Source: Amoebophrya sp. A120
Lineage: Eukaryota; Protista; Dinoflagellata
NCBI GenBank assembly: GCA_905178155.1
Contig: CAJINV010000001.1
Span: 2,097,904-2,161,903, forward strand
Reading direction: 5' to 3'
DNA: 64,000 nucleotides
The notes beneath the pieces were generated by a model. That model saw only the letters and a list, made by a program, of their open reading frames with translations, did not search any database and was not told the DNA's origin. A program made the position numbers and the translations under genes. The first letter of the stretch is position 1. Each line of letters begins with the position of its first letter. Below are positions 39,558 through 51,836 of this stretch, in pieces.

Positions 39558-42500
39558 TTACTTCAAGGATCTTAAATGTTGACCAGCAGCAAAATAGTAT
39601 CGGATTGCGCCGAGGATTTGTCGACCGGTCTTGAGACCACGCAGCACGCGCAACACTCGCTCTACAAGATACCAAGACAGGAGGAGTTTGAGCAGAAACA
39701 CTGTAAACACGCGCATCCTGTTCGAGGGAGCAGCGCCGGTCAGGCCCGAGGACCAGGATCCGCCGTTGAAAGCAGCGAGCCCCAACTCTTGCAGGTCCGC
39801 AAAGGCCCCCCGTAGCACCCACCGCGTCCACCAGGCTCTCACTGGAGCCAAGTATCGAACCGTTTTCAGGAGCACCGGTGCGAGCTTCTTTAAAAAACCC
39901 GTGTCAAACGGCGGCTGAATCGGCGGCAGTAACTCCAACTGCTTCGGCAGCACTTGTCGGTAGCGGAAGAAGCTCCTTTTGTAGCTGAGCTCCTCAAATC
40001 CAAACCGTCCGTGCACGCGCCCGCACCCCGAACGCCGGATGCCGCCGAAGGGCAGATTTTCGTGACCGAAATAGAACAACGGCGCGTTCTGCATCATGGC
40101 GCCCGATTGATGCATTTGTTTTACCGCTGAAATCAGAGCTTCGTCGTAGCCAAACACGTATGTGTTGAGCGGACTGTCGTGGATCTGGTGGATCAGACCC
40201 GCAATCTCGGCGGAAAGCCGTTCCAGCCGGTCGGAGGCAGTCTCGACGGAATTCCGCTCCGTTTCCAAAGCTTGATCGGCCGAAAAATCGTCGTCGTAGA
40301 GGATAACCGGGAGCAACGGGCCAAAAATCTCGTCCTTCAAATATAGGGCTCCCAAGCGTTACATTCTCAACTGTGACATGAATTTGGCATGCAGAAGCAC
40401 CATCCTCATCCACGCGATCAAGCTGCTTCGCATGACAAATTTGCCTAGGGCTAAACGGCAGCTAAATCTGTGCGGCATTTATAATGCTACAGGCGCAATC
40501 TCCCCCCTTTCACTTTTCCCATTCTTGCATCACAAATCCATGTATCAGTTGAGAATGTAACAGTTGAGAACGCCATATCAAAATCGGGTCCTCCATGCTG
40601 GGGCCGATCACGAGGTGGAAGGGAAAGTAGCAGCACGTTGGGTGGTAGAGCAGGGCGGGGGAAGTAGTGGAGCTGGTGTTGTTAGAAGCCGGAGGAGTAC
40701 CACCTGCAGTTACAATTTCCTCTGCAGTCGTGGTTGGAATCACTATTGCGACTTTGCTTGCAGAAGTACTTCTTGCCGACGCGGACGCGGCCACTTCCGT
40801 AGAAGCTTTGCTACTACTGGCTGTCGTTGCGGCCCCTGAGGCCGACGTGTTTGGGTGCAGCTGGACAGTGGTCGCGGATGTAGAGGCAACCGAGGACGCA
40901 GAGGACACTTGGAATGGCTGCTCTCCACCGCCTCCGAAGGAGGACAATGTCGCTTGGCTATTTTCCTTCGAGCTGTTTTTGCTGTTTTTGTTTTCCTTCG
41001 CAGAGGACAACTCCTGGGATAGCGGGTTATCCGTCTTCTCCGAAGGAGTACGACGCTGAGACAAGTCTATAACCTTCCCCGTTGTTGTCTCCAACATCTT
41101 TTGCAGCCTCTTCTGATGGTCTGCGTTAATCACCCGGCCGTAACTGAGACTCGTGTCCAAACCGCTTTTGTTTAACATCTTGAGGTCTTTCGCAAAAAAC
41201 TCGTTCTGCACAATGTCGGTTACACAGGCCACAAAGTCCTCCAGCAAAATATCCTGTGCAAAAGTATCGCACTCGTACTGCAGTCATGCATTACAAATCT
41301 TTTTCTTAGGGCAGATCCCCATTACAAACTTTATTTCTCATGCTGAGGAAATTTGTAATGCATTTATACGAGTGTGATACTTTTGCAGTTCATACAAAAT
41401 CTTCGGCAGCAAAACGTAGTCTGGCGCCATGCAGACCTGCCCGCAGTTCTGCAACTTTTGTTTCAACATGCGCCGCAACAGCGCCTTGAATTTGTCGTCG
41501 TTCTTCGTTTTGTTGTTCTTGCTCCCCGCTGTTGCAGAACAATACACGTCCCCGTCAAAGAGCGCGTCGTGGAGGAAAATGGCGGGATTTTTTCCGCCCA
41601 ACTCCAGCGTGACCGGGGTCAAATTGCTGCACACGTTGCTGTTAGACACGACTTTCCGCGCAACGGCTTCCGACCCGGTGAACAGGATGTGGTCGAAACG
41701 GTTGTACTGCAATAGCGCCTTATGCAATACAAACTTCCTGCACATGTACAAAATGCATCACAAATTTCACGACGCTAGAGCATGCCACTTGTCATGCTGA
41801 ATAGAATAGCGAGAAAGTTTTGTCATGCAGAAACCACATGTGTACTAGAAGTGTACAAGTACAACACGTACAGGAAATTATACCGTGGATATGCCTGCGT
41901 GAAGCTCGCATCCCCCTCGAACACCAGCACCGCCTCGGGGTCAACATATTCGGGCAGCACCCGCAGGAGGAAACTGCTGCTCTGGGCCGCGACTTCGGTT
42001 GGTTTCAGCACGCAGCAGTTCCCGCTCGCAATGGCGGTGATCAGACCGTCTAGTAAGAGGCAGATGGGGTAGTTCCAGGGGGCGATGACCAAAGCCACCC
42101 CCTTATCCTGAGTAAAAACGTACCCACACCAGAGTCAGGATGGGGATTTTGCACCACAAACCTAGGAGCTTTGTGAGTCACGCATGACAAGTTGCAGACC
42201 GTAAGGTAGTGCAAGTTAGCAAGTGCAGCCGCGTCACAGATTCATCTGCTCATGCTGTTCACAGCATCACAAATTCCAAAACACGACTGCCAATGGCTCT
42301 CATGGGGATGCGCATTACAAGTCTTCCTGTCTTTGCAAATCTGCGTCACAACTCTGGTGTGGGTACGTTTTTACTCAGGATACCCCTTCGGCTCAAACTC
42401 GTACCAGGAATTGCCGAACCAATACTCAACTGGCGTTTGGACATGGAACGGTATCCTGGGTAAAAACGTCGCTCCCACCCCGTAGTCAAGTAGTTGGGAA

Positions 42501-43073
42501 CTTAGCAACACAAATCCAGAAGTTTTGGGAGCCACGCATGCCAAGTTGCAGTCCGTAGTGTAGTGCAGGTTTAGGTTAGCAACGGAAATTGCATCACAAA
42601 TCCATCTGCTCATTCTGTTTTCAGCATTACAAATGCCAAAACACGATTGAAAATGCCTCTATTGGGTCTGCGCATTACAAATGTTCAGTTCCTGTAATCG
42701 CAAATCTGCATGACAACTCTGGGTTGGAAATGTTTTTACATAGGATAACCGGCGCCATCCATTCATCCAATTCCGCGATGGCCTTGTTCAGAAAAAGCTG
42801 GACCGCGATGATTTCCCCCGTTAGCGCCTCCACGAAATGCCGCCCGTGGTCAAATTTCAAACAGGCGACGATCTCTCGTTCCTGCTCGGTCAAAAAACGC
42901 TGGAGCTCCTTCAGTTGGGCGATCCGGTAGTCATACGACCGCGTTTTTCCGCTTCGGAACGTCTGGTGTAGGTCGGAAACCCGAGCTTCCATCCGTTTCG
43001 ACTCGGATCGCTGTCGCAGCAGCTTGTGCGGCGACGGTGGCCCGTCCGAGTGGTTGTTCGGTGAGCTGCTCAT
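39558..43073 (-). CDS. ALDH3: Class-3 (fatty) aldehyde dehydrogenase with C-terminal membrane anchor; 6 exons
   Basis: Motifs EPKGVALVIAPWNYP, LKPTE, FTGS, LELGGKNP (catalytic Glu), NCGQVCMAPDY (catalytic Cys), EIFGPLLP and LPFGGIRRSGCG. The frame is restored by removing five introners. Confidence 0.92.
40342..40577. mobile_element. IR introner, family E
   Basis: TIR GTTACATTCTCAACTG; TSD TCAAA; removal restores DPILKDEIFGP. Confidence 0.9.
41250..41394. mobile_element. IR introner, family A
   Basis: TIR TGCAAAAGTATCgCACTCGTA; TSD CAAAA. Confidence 0.9.
41721..41891. mobile_element. IR introner, family H
   Basis: TATGCAAT...GTGGATA; TSD CGCCT/TGCCT; related to 61677-61827; removal restores TQALLQYNRFDHILFTGS. 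Confidence 0.85.
42104..42382. mobile_element. IR introner, family I (young)
   Basis: Perfect 32-bp TIR TATCCTGAGTAAAAACGTACCCACACCAGAGT; TSD CCCCT. Confidence 0.95.
42452..42747. mobile_element. IR introner, family I (older)
   Basis: TATCCTGGGTAAAAAC...GTTTTTACATAGGATA; TSD AACGG/ACCGG; internally similar to 42104-42382. Confidence 0.88.
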
Positions 43074-44133
43074 GATGTTGATGGCCGAGTCGTCGTGTCG
43101 AGGCAGGAGCGGAGGGAGTCAAGGTCTTGGTCAAGCGACGAGATGCAGCGACCTGGAGGTCGTGCAAGTACCGCCGTGGTCGCAGGAACGATTAAGAAGA
43201 AGGATCAGCGGTTGCGCGCCGGGCACGACCGTTTTCAATTTTTGACGCGGTTACGACCGTTTTGGCAGCATCACCGTACATTCGGTTCTTTGTTTTATTG
43301 CCAACCACTAAGTATGATTTTTTCACAAATGGCACTGGAAGACGAAGATATCAGGACGGTCATATCGGTGGCGCTGAAGTCCGAGATCTAGCATGTGATG
43401 AAACGAGGCTTCAACATACTCGAACAAAAGTGATGGTGATGGATCATGCATCATGTAATATTATACTTACATAGGGGCGCCGGAGTACGATTCGGATCGG
43501 CTTCTGCACGAGGATATTAGCGATACCGCGGGGGAGTGTATTCTTTTTACAAAGTTGAAGGTCATGATTAAACTAAAGTGCAGTGGGGGCACGATCCTTC
43601 AAGTGACACGAGACGGGGACGGGGTGGAGGGGAAGCTGCTAGAGGTAGAGAGGAAAGAGTGAGCACCAGCTGTTGCAGTTCCTGACATAAGTTCTTGCGC
43701 AATCAATCAAGACACTTTCGCTGGTTTGAATCTTTTCGAGATGTTGAACTGCTTTGAAGAAAGGATCTCAGAACTCATTGCGCACCGAATTATGCCTACC
43801 TTGGTTGCAACACGAGGGAGAGCTCTAGAACACTCATCTGCAAAAAAAAATGTCTACTCAATTCACCTTGTTGTTGTTCCTTTTCTTATTTACACCTCTT
43901 CATACAGAAAGTCAAAATTTTCACGCTTCAGTTCCTAACCACTAAGGAGAGTGATGATTTTTCGTGTCTTTCTCTTGTTGCGTCGCATTAACATGTCTGT
44001 ATATAAAAGACGTTCGCGTTTCTTTTGTTCGCGCCACTCGTCCTCATACAGTTTCAATTTGTAGTTTTCACAATACAAAAGCAAATACTCACTCACAAAC
44101 ATCTACATCTTCGTCATTCGCAAATCAATAAAC

Positions 44134-47100
44134 TCAGTAAACATTTAACAACGCTCGAAACTGACCCGGAAAGTCTTTCTCTTCGTTGCATTTCGACAAT
44201 GCAATCCAATCCGCCGCCTCCGCTTCTGTCGTACGAAAATACAGCCGCTGCAACGCCTTCGAAAGCGTTTCTGGGTCGATATCGCTGTAGGAGTCTCCGG
44301 TTGTACGAACTACGCTGGAAGTAGGTGTCGCCGCAGCAGTGTTGTTTGATTTTACAGTAGTTGCGGCTTTCGTCCCAGGAGCTCCTCCTAGGATCGTACT
44401 CGCCGCGCTCGCTAGGTCCCGCGGCGCGGCGTGGTTGACCACGGGATCAAAAATCTCGTCCTATCAACTGTAAAAATGTCTGGGTCTGGAAACTCGTGAT
44501 GCTGGGTGGCGTTTGTTCATGATGAGGCTACAGATGCTGGCTCAGCATGACAAGTTTCTGAGCTCTTAGGTGTTGCCTATTCTGCATGACAAACTGCGCC
44601 TCTGCATCACAGAAAAACGGAGCTCTTGGGTAACGCGCATGACAGATTTAAGAGTCATGCCAGACAAGCATGACAAACATGAATTCTTCCAGACCCAGAC
44701 ATTTTTACAGTTGATACGTCCACAAATTTCCCTAATTCCCCCGGGGAAACAAACGAGTCGGCGCCGGAGAGATCCGCTACCAGCGCCTGGGCGTCCTCGA
44801 CGGAGTAGCCTGCCAGGGCGAGCGGCTCAATCATCCACTCATGCACGTCGGAACCCGTGATCGCGTCTGTGTTGAAGGGATTTCTTTGATCAGATTCAGA
44901 TCTTAGACCACATGTATCGTAAAATTATTCATCAATCCATGGAGAGACGGCCTCATCAACCTAACTGGTGAAAGTTGAAACTCAAACTATTGAGAAGATT
45001 TAAGTGCCATCTTTGTCCCGATCCATGGTTCGGAAGAGCGTGCTGTTGCACAAATCCCGAACCAAATCCGCAAACGGCGAAGGCTGGGGTTTACTTGGCG
45101 CGGATACAACGGCAGCAGTGGAGCTGACAGAGGCTTTGTTTTTTCCTAGGAGGTTGACGCTATTTTTCACGTTCTGCCCTTGTTGTCCTTGTGCTGCAGA
45201 CACTAGCTTGGTGGAGGTCGTCTTCGACGTGTTGCACCGATCATTCAAACCGCTTTCTGAGCCGGCTGGTGATTTCGCGTTTTCCACCGTGGTATCAACT
45301 GTGACGCTGGTCTTTACTCCCTTCTTTTGTTCCACTTCAACGCCGTACTTGTGCTCATCTTTCTTTTCATCGCTGTTGACCTTCTCAAAGTCCAACTTCG
45401 AGACAGAATTCGCGAGTAACGAATTCGCCGAATTTCTGGCACTTACGCGCTTCACCTGTTCCTGCAACGGCGTCTCACTAGTCGACTTCACCGAGCGCCG
45501 GCCTGTGCTGCTCAGTCGAGCGGAGTTCCGCCCTGCACTTCCCTTCGCGGCGCTACTTTCTTTCACGGAGATCCGCGCACTTTGTCGACCGCCGGGTTGA
45601 GCCGGCACGGCGTTCTCCTTTTCAGACTGGATGCTCTCAGTTGCACATGTTGCTGCTCCATCCCCTCCTAACTCCGCAGCGAGGTGGACTGGGGCATCAC
45701 CACCAGCCTCGATGCTCTCGTCTTCCTTCAGAGTACTCAAATCCACTCGAGCGCTCAACCGCGAGGCGGGCATTGGAGGTTCCGGCGTCTTCACGCTTTT
45801 CCTCGGTACTGCACTGCTTGTGTGAGATGAAATCCGCGCTACGGGATTAAAGCTGCCCGTAGAAGTTCCTGCCAACTTCTTGGCACTGTGGCTTGCACTT
45901 TCTACTTCCGGTAGTTCTTTTGAAGCTGCTCCTGTCGACAAATGTCCCTCGGGAATGGCGGGCATAGCGGCTTTAACACCACTTGCAAAGAGTCGCGGGT
46001 TTTTCGGTGTCTGGGAGGATTTTGCTTGCTTCGCCTCCTCCTGTGCTGGACTGGCGGAAGAAACATCGACGTAGTCGGGCTCATATGCACTGGAAAAGTA
46101 TCGCACTCGTAGTAATGGCAGTCCTGCATTGCAAACCAGACTTTCTACCCGAAGTAGCATGACAAGTTGCATTTTTGTACTTGAGAGAATGTGCCATGCA
46201 ATTTTTCACACTAGTACGATACTTTTGCAATGCATAGCTCAACGGCCTTCGACACACGGACCATGGCAGGCGGAATTGACTTTTTTTCTGGGCTATGATC
46301 ATGCTCTCCTTTCTTCTTCGCAAGATCTTCCCCGTCGCCAACAGAAGACTCACCCGCGTTTTGTAGTCCCGTAGCTCCTCCTGCACCGCCCTCTCCTGAG
46401 CCTGGTTTGGCTGTACGACTAGAAGATTCGTCTGTAGCCGACGACAACGGATGCTGAAGCTCGTCTCCTGCACAGGGGGAAATATCCTCCTCTTCTTCCT
46501 CCACAACCGTTAAGAGGTCCAGTTTCGCCCGCTTGCTTTTTCGCGTGTCGAAAGCGGCTTTATTCATTCCACGACTATGCTGTCCCTTTTTCGTCTCGCT
46601 ACCGCTGGTCTCCTCCTCGCCGAAGTCACTCAATGCTTCAGTAGGTGCAGTGAAAGCGCGTGCCAGGCCTGCGCGCTTCTTGTGACCAGGGGCCAGTTCC
46701 TGCGACGATAATTCCGCCTCCTCGTCCTCCTCATATTGGTCGATCGCCCCTAAGTCGTCCGTGGTCGCCGCACGCAGGATGTCCGACGCGGCTTTTTTCG
46801 GTGGCGGATCGGAGGAAACGCGGTTTTTGTCCTTCTGCTTCGCCGTAATCTTCTTGTTGAACAGGCGGATGTGCTTTTGCACCATGGACATGCAAACCGT
46901 TTGGGACTTGCGCTTGTCGATGGCCGCGGCGTCCACCAGCGGAAGTCCCTCGGGGATCGAAGTGAGGGGGAGCTGCTGGTGGGTGGACGAGGGTGTAGTA
47001 GTTGTCGCGGTAGTGGTGGAGTTTTTCTTCGAGGACTTCCTTGTTTTCGCGGGTGTTAGTGCAGAGGATCCACTTGACATTCTGGAAGATGAACTACGGG

Positions 47101-49123
47101 GAGCTGCCTCGTCGCCGACAACTACATCACCTGGGAAGAGTTTGATCTACTTTTGGCTCCGGCTGCTACTGTCATGAGCAAGAGCATCACAGTTCCGTAC
47201 GTCATGACTCACAAATAAATCGCTACATCGCCATAATTGCTCATTGTAGTCAGTATACAGTTGAAGCAAAATCTGTTCAGGAACCTGCTGTAGCAGGGCC
47301 CGCCACCCGCACTGTTGAGACCTGCTCCTCACCAGCCGGAACGGAGCCTGCAGTCGTACTAGGCACGACTAGAGACGTGTTCCGCGCGTCAGCGATGTGA
47401 CTCGGCTGCGTTGTTTCCCGTCCGTACAGCGCTGGGCCTGCCGCAAGTGAACCATCGACCCCGGAACCTGCACCACCTCGCGCGGCGCGCACATTTGAAA
47501 GCTGCGCCGAGCGCGTGGGGGTGGACCGTGAAGTAGTTCCGCCGCTTGTACTTTTCGCGCTGTTCAAAGTAGCTTTAGTTGTTTCGAGCGCAATTTCTCC
47601 TTGATCGTCTCTTGCGGCACCGCAAGTAGCCCCGGCTTCAGCCGTTACGACTTCTTGTACCTTGCTTCCCGTTTCGTCCTCCACGGCGGTCGACCTCGAC
47701 TTTTCGTTCCGTCGGTCGCCTTCCTCGTCTTTTTTTTCTTTCGCGTCCAGCTGCTCGTCCATGGCGGACGTGGATTTTCTTCCACTATTCCTTCCCTCGC
47801 TGTTTCTACTTTTACCAGATTGAGATTGCTTTTGCTTATCCGTTGCAGCCGAGCTGGAACTCGACACGGACTCCGTCCGGGTATTTTTTCCAACGCGCTG
47901 CAAAACCGCGACCTTGGCCCCGGTGGCGAACGTCGACCGTGCTGTGGAGGTTCGAGAGGGTGGACCAGCTCCCGCAATTGAAGACTTCTTTTGGTTTTGT
48001 TGACCACTCTGCTCTTCACCTCTTGTAGGACTAGGAGTTGGAACTGCCGCGGTACTAGACTTTTTCGTACTTTTCTTCTGTGATTTCTTATTTGCGGGAA
48101 GACCAGCGGCTGCAGGTGGTGGAGGTGCTGCCACGACAACTTCGATTTCATCATCCTGTTCAGGTGGCCCACCAGGCGAAACCACAGAAAACTGCGTCGT
48201 CTCCCGCCCGCGGTTTTTTACCGCGACGGAGGGTCGCTGCGTCGATTCGCGTGCAGACGAGGGAGGCATGGTTTTTTACGGCTGGAGGTGGACTTTTACA
48301 ACTCGAGTACTTACTTATCTGATTCCGACAGCACTGATATCTTGACATATATTTATAGTATCATTTTTGAGCTGCATGTACTATGCCTCCTCTCCGTCCC
48401 CCACGCTCGTTTCTTTGTTTTCGCTCAACACGTCATAATACGCCTACAACGCTCCTCTCCACATCTACTTACAAGATTGATCATCCCCAGTCACCCGCCA
48501 CTCATGCAGAGAGATGCCCTTTCCGCTGTTCCGCCCCGGGGGAGTGCGAACAAAAGTCACGCCGTTCATTTTTATGTGCGAGTGATTCATTTCTTGAATT
48601 GTTCTGCGGCCGCTCGTTTCTTATTCAAAAATTCTACAGCACGCGATGTATTTCTGCCTTTCTTGTTCCGTGTTTCTTCACGCACTTGCACTATTACGCA
48701 TTTCGTTCCGCATCTTGCGAGCAGTCACCCGACCCCTGGAATTTCCAGTTCCAAGGGCACACCTTTGCGAAGAAAATGCACAACTCTCGACGGTTCCTCC
48801 GAAGTAGCTTCATCCCTTCGCCCGATTGCCTCACTGTACGCCTGTAGAGACGAAAACCCCAACACTCCCTCCAAAATGTCCCCCACCCGAAACCCCGCTT
48901 GGTGTCCCACGCAGCCGACGTCAACGCGGTCGACTCGTCCGGACTGTGCGTCCACCTGCATCCCGAACAGCAGGTACTGCCGTACTTCACCTCCATGTTG
49001 ATCTTCGCTAGCGTCTTGCTGCAAGTATCGCTTTTCGCTGTACGGGTCGAGGCAGACGCACCAAATTGGGAGGCCGGTGCTTGATTTCGAGCCCGGCCAG
49101 AGAAGCGACGAGGAGGAACCCAT
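44134..49123 (-). CDS. Large multi-exon protein: PDZ-like N-terminus, long disordered middle, EF-hand-like C-terminus
   Basis: GRVDRVDVGCVGHQAGFRVGDIL is PDZ-like and FRTMDRDKDGT is an EF-hand-like loop. Introners 46084-46236 and 44462-44716 join ORFs in frame. The other junctions are inferred. Confidence 0.5.
44462..44716. mobile_element. IR introner, family C
   Basis: Perfect TIR TATCAACTGTAAAAATGTCTGGGTCTGGAA; TSD CGTCC. Confidence 0.93.
46084..46236. mobile_element. IR introner, family A
   Basis: TATGCACTGGAAAAGTATCG...CGATACTTTTGCAATGCATA; TSD GCTCA. Confidence 0.9.
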
Positions 49124-49682
49124 TTTTGTGATCTAATTCAAAAGGAACAGTCTTGCTTTGCGGTTCGCAACTCCGATCGAAGCAAGCTAGATTTCAGAAA
49201 AACTGACTGTGCAGTTAGAAGTATTCAGAACTGAGAAGCACCACACTCAGAAGGTGCAACTTTGAAAAATACTCTCAAAGCCATTTCTGCTCGTACGCTC
49301 GTCCCAAGAAGAAACCAGGTCCCTGAGGCATCCGACACCCGCTGCCCGCTGCAATCACCACGTACTGGTACGACCACAAGCCCCTGCGTTCTGTCTGCAA
49401 GCAGACCCGCCAACACACAGAATATTTTTCTGGTTGAAGAGAGATCCGCATCAACGTGCGAAAAACTAACACAGCACTGACTTCTCACTGGCTTCCTTTA
49501 TTCAACCTCTGGCGCGCCGGGCCACTTCATATTGCGAATCTATCTTCGGGTGCATCTTTCGTTCCAAGCAGAAACCCGAGTGTGTTCGCGAGCCTGTGGC
49601 AACGCCTGCCATCAAGCGCATCGATCAACAGAGAAGAGTCACTAAAAAGTTAGTCCACGTTGTACCTAACTCGATCATAACT

Positions 49683-50648
49683 TCAATGCGACAACAGAGT
49701 TCTCAATTTTTCCATTTTGTTCGTGACCGCCTGCATCGCCGTGTCCACGGACTGCTCCGCCTCCGCAAGTTCCCCGGTCGCAACCTTGTCCATTTCATTC
49801 GCTTTGCATTGAATCATCTTCACGTCTTCCTCGCTTAGACTCGGTTGTCCCGGTTCGTCGTTAGGATCCCCACCTCCAGAGGACGCTGCACTACCACCGC
49901 TACCTCCGCTTGATGTTCCGGAAAACAGCTGCGCCAACGTGTCTTTCGCTTGATCAATGAGTTTCTCCAGCCGTTCCGCGCGGACTACTTGCACCGATTT
50001 TTGATCCGAGCCTCCGTCCGTGCCGGCGTCTTCGTTCTCCGTGGGATTGTTGTTCGCCAAATTTGACCGGCCTTTATCGACGACATTCCCGGTTGCCGCG
50101 TCGAAAGCGGCGGCGTCGCCGGAGCCCGGTTTGGTTGGCAAACCACCACTGGCATCCGCGGGGTCGTCCTCTTGTTCCGTGGGTTTTGGATCAGGTGTGG
50201 TAGCCTGCTTTTCGCTGTCCGCGGATCCCTCCGCGTTCTCCTCTGCGGACTTCTCTTGGTCCTTCTCAGCCTCGTCGGAGGCTTGCTGCTCATCGCCGTT
50301 TTTGTTTTCCTCTTCTGCTCCGTCGGCGAAAAGCGTTCTTCGAGGTGGTTTTATGGTCGTGGCGCGCCGACGATCAAGTAGAACAGCACCGGAGTTGGAC
50401 GGTTTCGACGAGAAATAAGAGTTGTCCTCGAAAAAGCTTGTTATGCTGGTTGAACGACTTACGTGAGCATGGGCTGTTATGCTGGTTGAAAGACTTACGT
50501 GAGCACCATGGGCTCCTGGTCGTGATGTTGATGAGGATGAACACGACGAGGATCCAACCTGAAGTAGGACATGATGTTGACCCGATTCTTCTGAAGTTGG
50601 CCCCTCAGTCGTAAAAGGATGAAGAAAGAGATCAGCCAGGCGACCCAT
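49683..50648 (-). CDS. Hypothetical acidic/disordered protein with C-terminal helical region; may have upstream exons
   Basis: 321-aa ORF with composition like the neighbouring genes. Confidence 0.55.
   Translation of the reverse strand: MGRLADLFLHPFTTEGPTSEESGQHHVLLQVGSSSCSSSSTSRPGAHGAHVSLSTSITAHAHVSRSTSITSFFEDNSYFSSKPSNSGAVLLDRRRATTIKPPRRTLFADGAEEENKNGDEQQASDEAEKDQEKSAEENAEGSADSEKQATTPDPKPTEQEDDPADASGGLPTKPGSGDAAAFDAATGNVVDKGRSNLANNNPTENEDAGTDGGSDQKSVQVVRAERLEKLIDQAKDTLAQLFSGTSSGGSGGSAASSGGGDPNDEPGQPSLSEEDVKMIQCKANEMDKVATGELAEAEQSVDTAMQAVTNKMEKLRTLLSH
50439..50514. repeat. In-frame 36-bp tandem duplication inside a CDS
   Basis: TGTTATGCTGGTTGAA(C/A)GACTTACGTGAGCA twice, encoding AHVS(L/R)STSIT twice. 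Confidence 0.85.
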
Positions 50649-51836
50649 GTTAATGTTGGTCGGTAAGTGGAAACTGGAACTGCGTGTGAATAGAGACTGA
50701 TTTCGATTTTCCTCGTTGTAGGTTCAGTATGCAGCAGCTAAGTCGTGCTAAGTTCGTCCGTTGCACACGAAAGTCACGGAGCACCAGGGGCTACGAACTT
50801 CAAACGATATGCGACGGTCCGCGGCGATATCATGCCCTTTATGTCTGTTATTGCGAAATTGGTTGCAGCGACCGGAGGTCGAAAACGAATACGAGTGGGC
50901 GGGTTCGAGGACACAACGATGCTGCTTCATCACGACTTCATTGGAAGCTACGAGGACTTTGCGAGCAGACAAGCCTGCTCCACCTCCTTGCGCAAACGAC
51001 ACATTTGCTTGCAGAGTCCTTGTGACTTTAGACGAGGATGTTGGAGAGACAACATCAATCATATCACCAAGAGCCATGCAGTTGTGCATTGGCCTCCTCC
51101 AGTGCTCGACGACGCCAGTTTTACTTTCTTTCTCTTGTACGACAAGGTGTCGCACTCGTCGGTTTGCGCTCTCCATGATCTTCCTCGTCAGTGTTGTTGC
51201 CAGTACCCTGCAGAGGGCAGATCTCTCTTCCTAAAAGCTCCGCAACAGCGAAATCCTTGCTCCAGCTAGTGTTAAAAGTCAGTTAGTAGCTACAACAGCA
51301 GCTAGAAGTCTTGAGTGTGATAATTGTGAAATTGAAATTCTAGAAGGTGTTAGTTCGTGATGCACGAAGTAACGTTCTTGCAGTCTGTCACTACAAGAGG
51401 TTGTTTACGATTGAAATTGAAATTCTAGTCCTAGTATTCTCATAGGTGATTTTGTTCTGTTGAAATTACTAGTAATTTTGCATTGTCATTTTCGGAGGTT
51501 TTGATCTTGATGTCGGAGCTTCTACTACTCCAACAAATACCGCAGGTGGCTCACTCTCGCCGTGGTTGTAAAGAAACAAGAAGCTGCTTCGTCAAGTCTT
51601 AGTCTTAGAGCGAAACAACTTCTCATCGAGGTAGCCTTTGACGCGCGCGCGCCACAACTAGAACTAATTCTATGCCATGGAAAGAATAATCAAATAAAAA
51701 GCTCACAGAAGCGCTAGTAGGCTTCGAGGAAAGGCGCTTACTTCCAGTACGAGAAATACCGGCTCTGAGCCTTACCGCACCTTCTATCAGGATTTTTAGC
51801 AGCTCTACACAGCACTAGAAACGGATCCTGTCCTGA

